Shown here piece after piece: positions 60,227 through 64,000 of a stretch of 64,000 nt of DNA. Source of the stretch: Anaeramoeba ignava BMAN. Lineage: Eukaryota > Protista > Anaeramoebae. The notes under the pieces were generated by a model, which was given only the letters and a program-made list of their open reading frames with translations, was not told where the DNA came from and ran no database searches. A program made the translations under genes and the position numbers. The stretch spans positions 41,355 to 105,354 of the forward strand of contig JAPDFW010000001.1 in assembly GCA_028826165.1 (NCBI GenBank). Reading direction: 5' to 3'. Within the stretch, counting starts at the first letter, position 1, and every line of letters begins with the position of its first letter.

Positions 60227-63200
60227 CTAAAATTTTTCTGTTAAATCTATTATTTCATTTTCATCTTCACTTTTTTCTTGTTCCACTTTTTGTTTTTGCT
60301 TTTGTTTTTGTTTTTCTTTTTTTAATTTTCTTTTCATTTTATTTCTAATAAAAGCTCTTTTATTAATCCATTTTGGAACAAGAAAAGAAACAATAATTGT
60401 TAAAATAGCCAATAAAAAATTGAAAAAGAAAGAGAAATAATAATTAAATGGGAATTTTGCATTGTTTGTCATTGACCATGAAGATAAAGATCCTGCCACT
60501 AATTTAAATTTAATTTTGATTTTAATTTTGAATTTGATTTTGATTTTGAATTTAATTTTGAATTTTAATTTTGATTTAGATTTTGAATTTGATTTTGAAT
60601 TTAATTTTGAATTTGAATTTTATTTTGATTTTGATTTTGATTTTAATTTTGATTTTGAATTTAAATTTGATTTTGAATTTGATTTTGATTTTGATTTTGA
60701 TTTTGATTTTGATTTTGAATTTGATTTTGATTTTGATTTTGATTTTGATTTTGATTTTGATTTTGATTTTGAATTTGATTTTATTTTGATTTTGAATTTG
60801 ATTTTGAATTTGATTTTGAATTTGATTTTGATTTTGAATTTGAATTTGATTTTGAATTTTGAATTTGATTTTGATTTTGATTTTGAATTTGAATTTGAAT
60901 TTGATTTTTAATTTTGTTATAAATGTTTACAAGTTGGACCAAATGCTCTAAAAAAAGCTGAAATTGTTTGTCCAATTCCATTTATTCCTCCAATTCTATT
61001 TATTTGAATTTAATTTTGAATTTGAATTTGAATTTGAATTTGATTATGATTTTGATTTTGAATTTGATTTTGAATTTGATTTTGAATTTGATTTTGAATT
61101 TGATTTTGAATTTAAATTTTGATTTTGATTTTGATTTTGATTTTGATTTTGATTTTAAATTTTCTAAATGAATTTGATTTTAAATTTTCTAAATGAATTT
61201 GATTTTGATTTTGAATTTTCTAAATGATTTTAAATTTTGAATTTTAATTGATTTGTGTTATAAAAATAAACCTAAATGATTTTGCACTATTATTAATCAA
61301 TATAAATGTGCTTGAATAAGTTAAACTTTCAAATAAAGAACGAAGAACCATTGCTGTTAAATAAAAAGCCCATCCAGCTTGCCAACCAAATCTTACATGA
61401 ATTGAATTAATAAAAGGAAAAGCAACAAAAACCAAAGCATTAGCACCAACTCCAATTCTATAAGCATTTAAAGGTGAAATATATCGTGAAATTTTTGGAT
61501 AAAGAAGTATTTGAAAAAATAAAAAAGAAGCACCAGAAACTGATGATCCTGTTGCAATTTCATGTGCTTCAAAATCAAGTCCTCCATCTTTTTCTTCTTG
61601 GAAAAGTAATAATGGAACAATTGTATCAAAAAATATAAAGATGAATCTAATTTTCAAAATTTTGATTTGATTTTTTAATTTGAATTTTTCCAATTTTTTG
61701 ATTTGAAATTTTTTGATAAATAAAACTAACGAAATTAATCCATAAAGAAGACAAAGTAAAAAAATATATTTATGCGATTTTAAAAAAGTTCCAAAACTTT
61801 GTTTTTCATCATCTTTAAAATTTCTTTCAAATATTTGATAATTTAATTCATCCATTTCTTCATCTAATTCATCTTCATCTTCATCTTCTTCATAATTATC
61901 ATGTTTGGATTTGAGTTGAATATTGATTTTCCATTAATTTTGGATTTTGGATTTTTATTTATAAAAAAATACCATCTTTTTATTAAATGTTGTAGCATTT
62001 TCATTTTCAACTTCTGAAATTTCACTAGTAATTGAAGTTGAAATAGAATTCATTTTTGATTTTGGGAAATGTGTGACTAACAATATTTCAGCCCAATCAT
62101 TTTCATTTTTGATTTTCATAATAATTTTCTTTTGTGTTGATTTTTATTTAAGAAATCTGTATCAGAAACAGAAGTAAAATTTTCAAATTCAATTTCTTCA
62201 AATTCATCCATTGAAATTATTTCATCATTTAAATTATTTGGAGAACAAATTAAAAATTTGGATCAAGAACTAAATTTGAAAGTATTTTATTTTCTTTTGG
62301 AATTTCAAAATTTTTATCAGACATTAATCCACAACTAAATAATGGTCTTTTTCTTTCAAAGTTTTATTGAAAAATAAAATATTAGAAATAAGCGCCAATA
62401 ATTGAAATTCCAGCACAAATTCCATTTGGAAGAAAATAAGGATATTCATCCAAAAACTTCCTTTTTTTGCATCTAAATGGACAGTATATCCTCCTAAAAT
62501 TGGTCCTCCAACTTTTTATTATTAAAATTTAGCATTTAGAATTTTGAATTTTATTTTGAATTTGATTTTTGATTTTGATTTAGATTTTGGTTTTGATTTT
62601 GATTTTGAATTTTGAATTTGATTTTGAATTTGATTTTGATTTGATTTTAATTTTGATTTTGATTTTAATTTTAATTTTAATTTTGATTTTCAATTTGATA
62701 TTAATTTTGATTTTAATTTTATTTTGAATTTGATTTTGATTTTGATTTTAAATTTGATTTTAATTTTGATTTTGATTTTGATTTTGATTTTGATTTTGAT
62801 TTTAATTTTATATTTTGATTTTGATTTTAATTTTGATTTTCAATTTGATTTTGATTTTAATTTTAATTTTGATTTTGATTTTAATTTTAATTTTAATTTT
62901 TTTGAATACCGCTTCCAATTCCAAATGAAAATCCAACAACTGACATACAAAGTGCTTGATTTCCTGAACTACATATTTCATTTAGAATTGTCTAATTTTT
63001 ATTTAATAAATAAATAATTAATTAATTAAATCAATAATAATTTTTTGGAAAATAAATACATTCGCAATTCCAATATTTTCTATTTATTTTTGAAAGAATA
63101 AAAATATTTTTTTTTATGTTAATAAAAAGAAATCATTAAAAGAAAGAAAGAAATAAAAATACCATATAAAAGACCTGATAAACCTTTTGTTAAAAAAACC

Positions 63201-63597
63201 CACCAAATATTAAAAGTAAATCCAAATAAAAAAGTTGTAATAGCTAAAGCGAAATTTCCAAATATCATAATTTTCCTTCTTCCAATTTTATCAGAAAGAG
63301 TTCCAAAAAAAAAAGCTTTTGATTTTGTTTTTTTAAAATTTAATCAATTCAATCAATCAATCCAAAAATTTTTTTCTTTTTTAAAAATAAATTATAATTA
63401 TAAAATCAATAAATACAACTAAATATTTGACAAATATGGGAAATTGACATCAATAAACCGGCTAAATAACCAACTTGCTTTTTAGAATCTGTGATATGAA
63501 ATGATTCAATTAAAAAAGGAATATAAGGAATTGATTGGATTATATTTAAAGCATCTGATACAACTGAAAATGCAATAACAAAAACTTGACCCCACAT
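60227..63597 (-). CDS. MFS transporter (ZIFL/YCR023C-like), tandem paralog 2
   Basis: Same exon structure as paralog 1 with high identity; apparent frameshifts in 61930-62470 (sequence error or decay). Confidence 0.8.
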
Positions 63598-63771
63598 TTA
63601 GAAATCAATTTAAAAAAAAATAGATACAAAAAAAAATTTTTCTTTTTCCGTTTTTTTTCTGTTTGATTAATAAACCAAAAATGAAAAATGAAAAATGAAA
63701 AATTTTAATTTTAATTTTAATTTTAATTTTAATTTTTATTTTAATTTTAATTTTAATTTTAATTTTAAATT

Positions 63772-64000
63772 TTAATTAATAAATTTCCTAATTAATAAAT
63801 CAAATAAATTTGGATTTGTTTGATTTAATTGAAAATAATCAATTCCAATTTTAATTTCATTAATTATTTCTTGTGTAATTTGAATTTCATCTTTAATTTG
63901 ATTTGAATAAATCCAATATTCAAATATTTGAAATGATTTATTACTTAATTCACCCCTATAATCTGCTTACATTAGAGTATCATCTGTTACAGATAAAGGG
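63772..64000 (-). CDS. 3' end of a BTB/POZ-domain gene (possibly degraded)
   Basis: ELSNKSFQIFEYWIYSNQI...IGIDYFQLN...FIN* resembles the C-terminal half of a BTB domain, comparable to 6540-6700. An in-frame TAA lies ~63968-63970. Confidence 0.5.

Overview
This is a very AT-rich, intron-rich eukaryotic nuclear region using the standard genetic code, with about 21 protein genes and one tRNA-Thr(TGT). Most of the supplied ORFs are spurious translations of A/T microsatellites that fill the introns. Recognisable genes, left to right: a Q/N-rich protein (3' part), DHHC palmitoyltransferase, EMC5, a small unknown protein, a CBM20-ankyrin-BTB protein, SOF1/DCAF13, RPB12, alpha-actinin, a half-size ABCA transporter, an organelle-targeted FAD oxidoreductase, a PKB/Akt-like kinase, a giant VIT-VWA protein, a signal-anchored armadillo protein, RPS11, MINDY1/2, an unknown helical protein, F-box/LRR, cyclin Y, two tandem MFS transporters and a BTB gene end. 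The standout is a 369-aa intein (22403-23509) with a decayed LAGLIDADG domain, inserted in the Walker A motif of the ABCA transporter. Also notable are a satellite that repeatedly copies the first 18 nt of the adjacent tRNA and a glycan-binding CBM20 fused to ankyrin and BTB domains. The nuclear intein, tandem-BTB proteins, TCATTTT initiator-like motifs and presequence style suggest an anaerobic metamonad such as Anaeramoeba (inference). Frameshifts at homopolymers suggest an imperfectly polished long-read assembly. Exon boundaries were read by eye.
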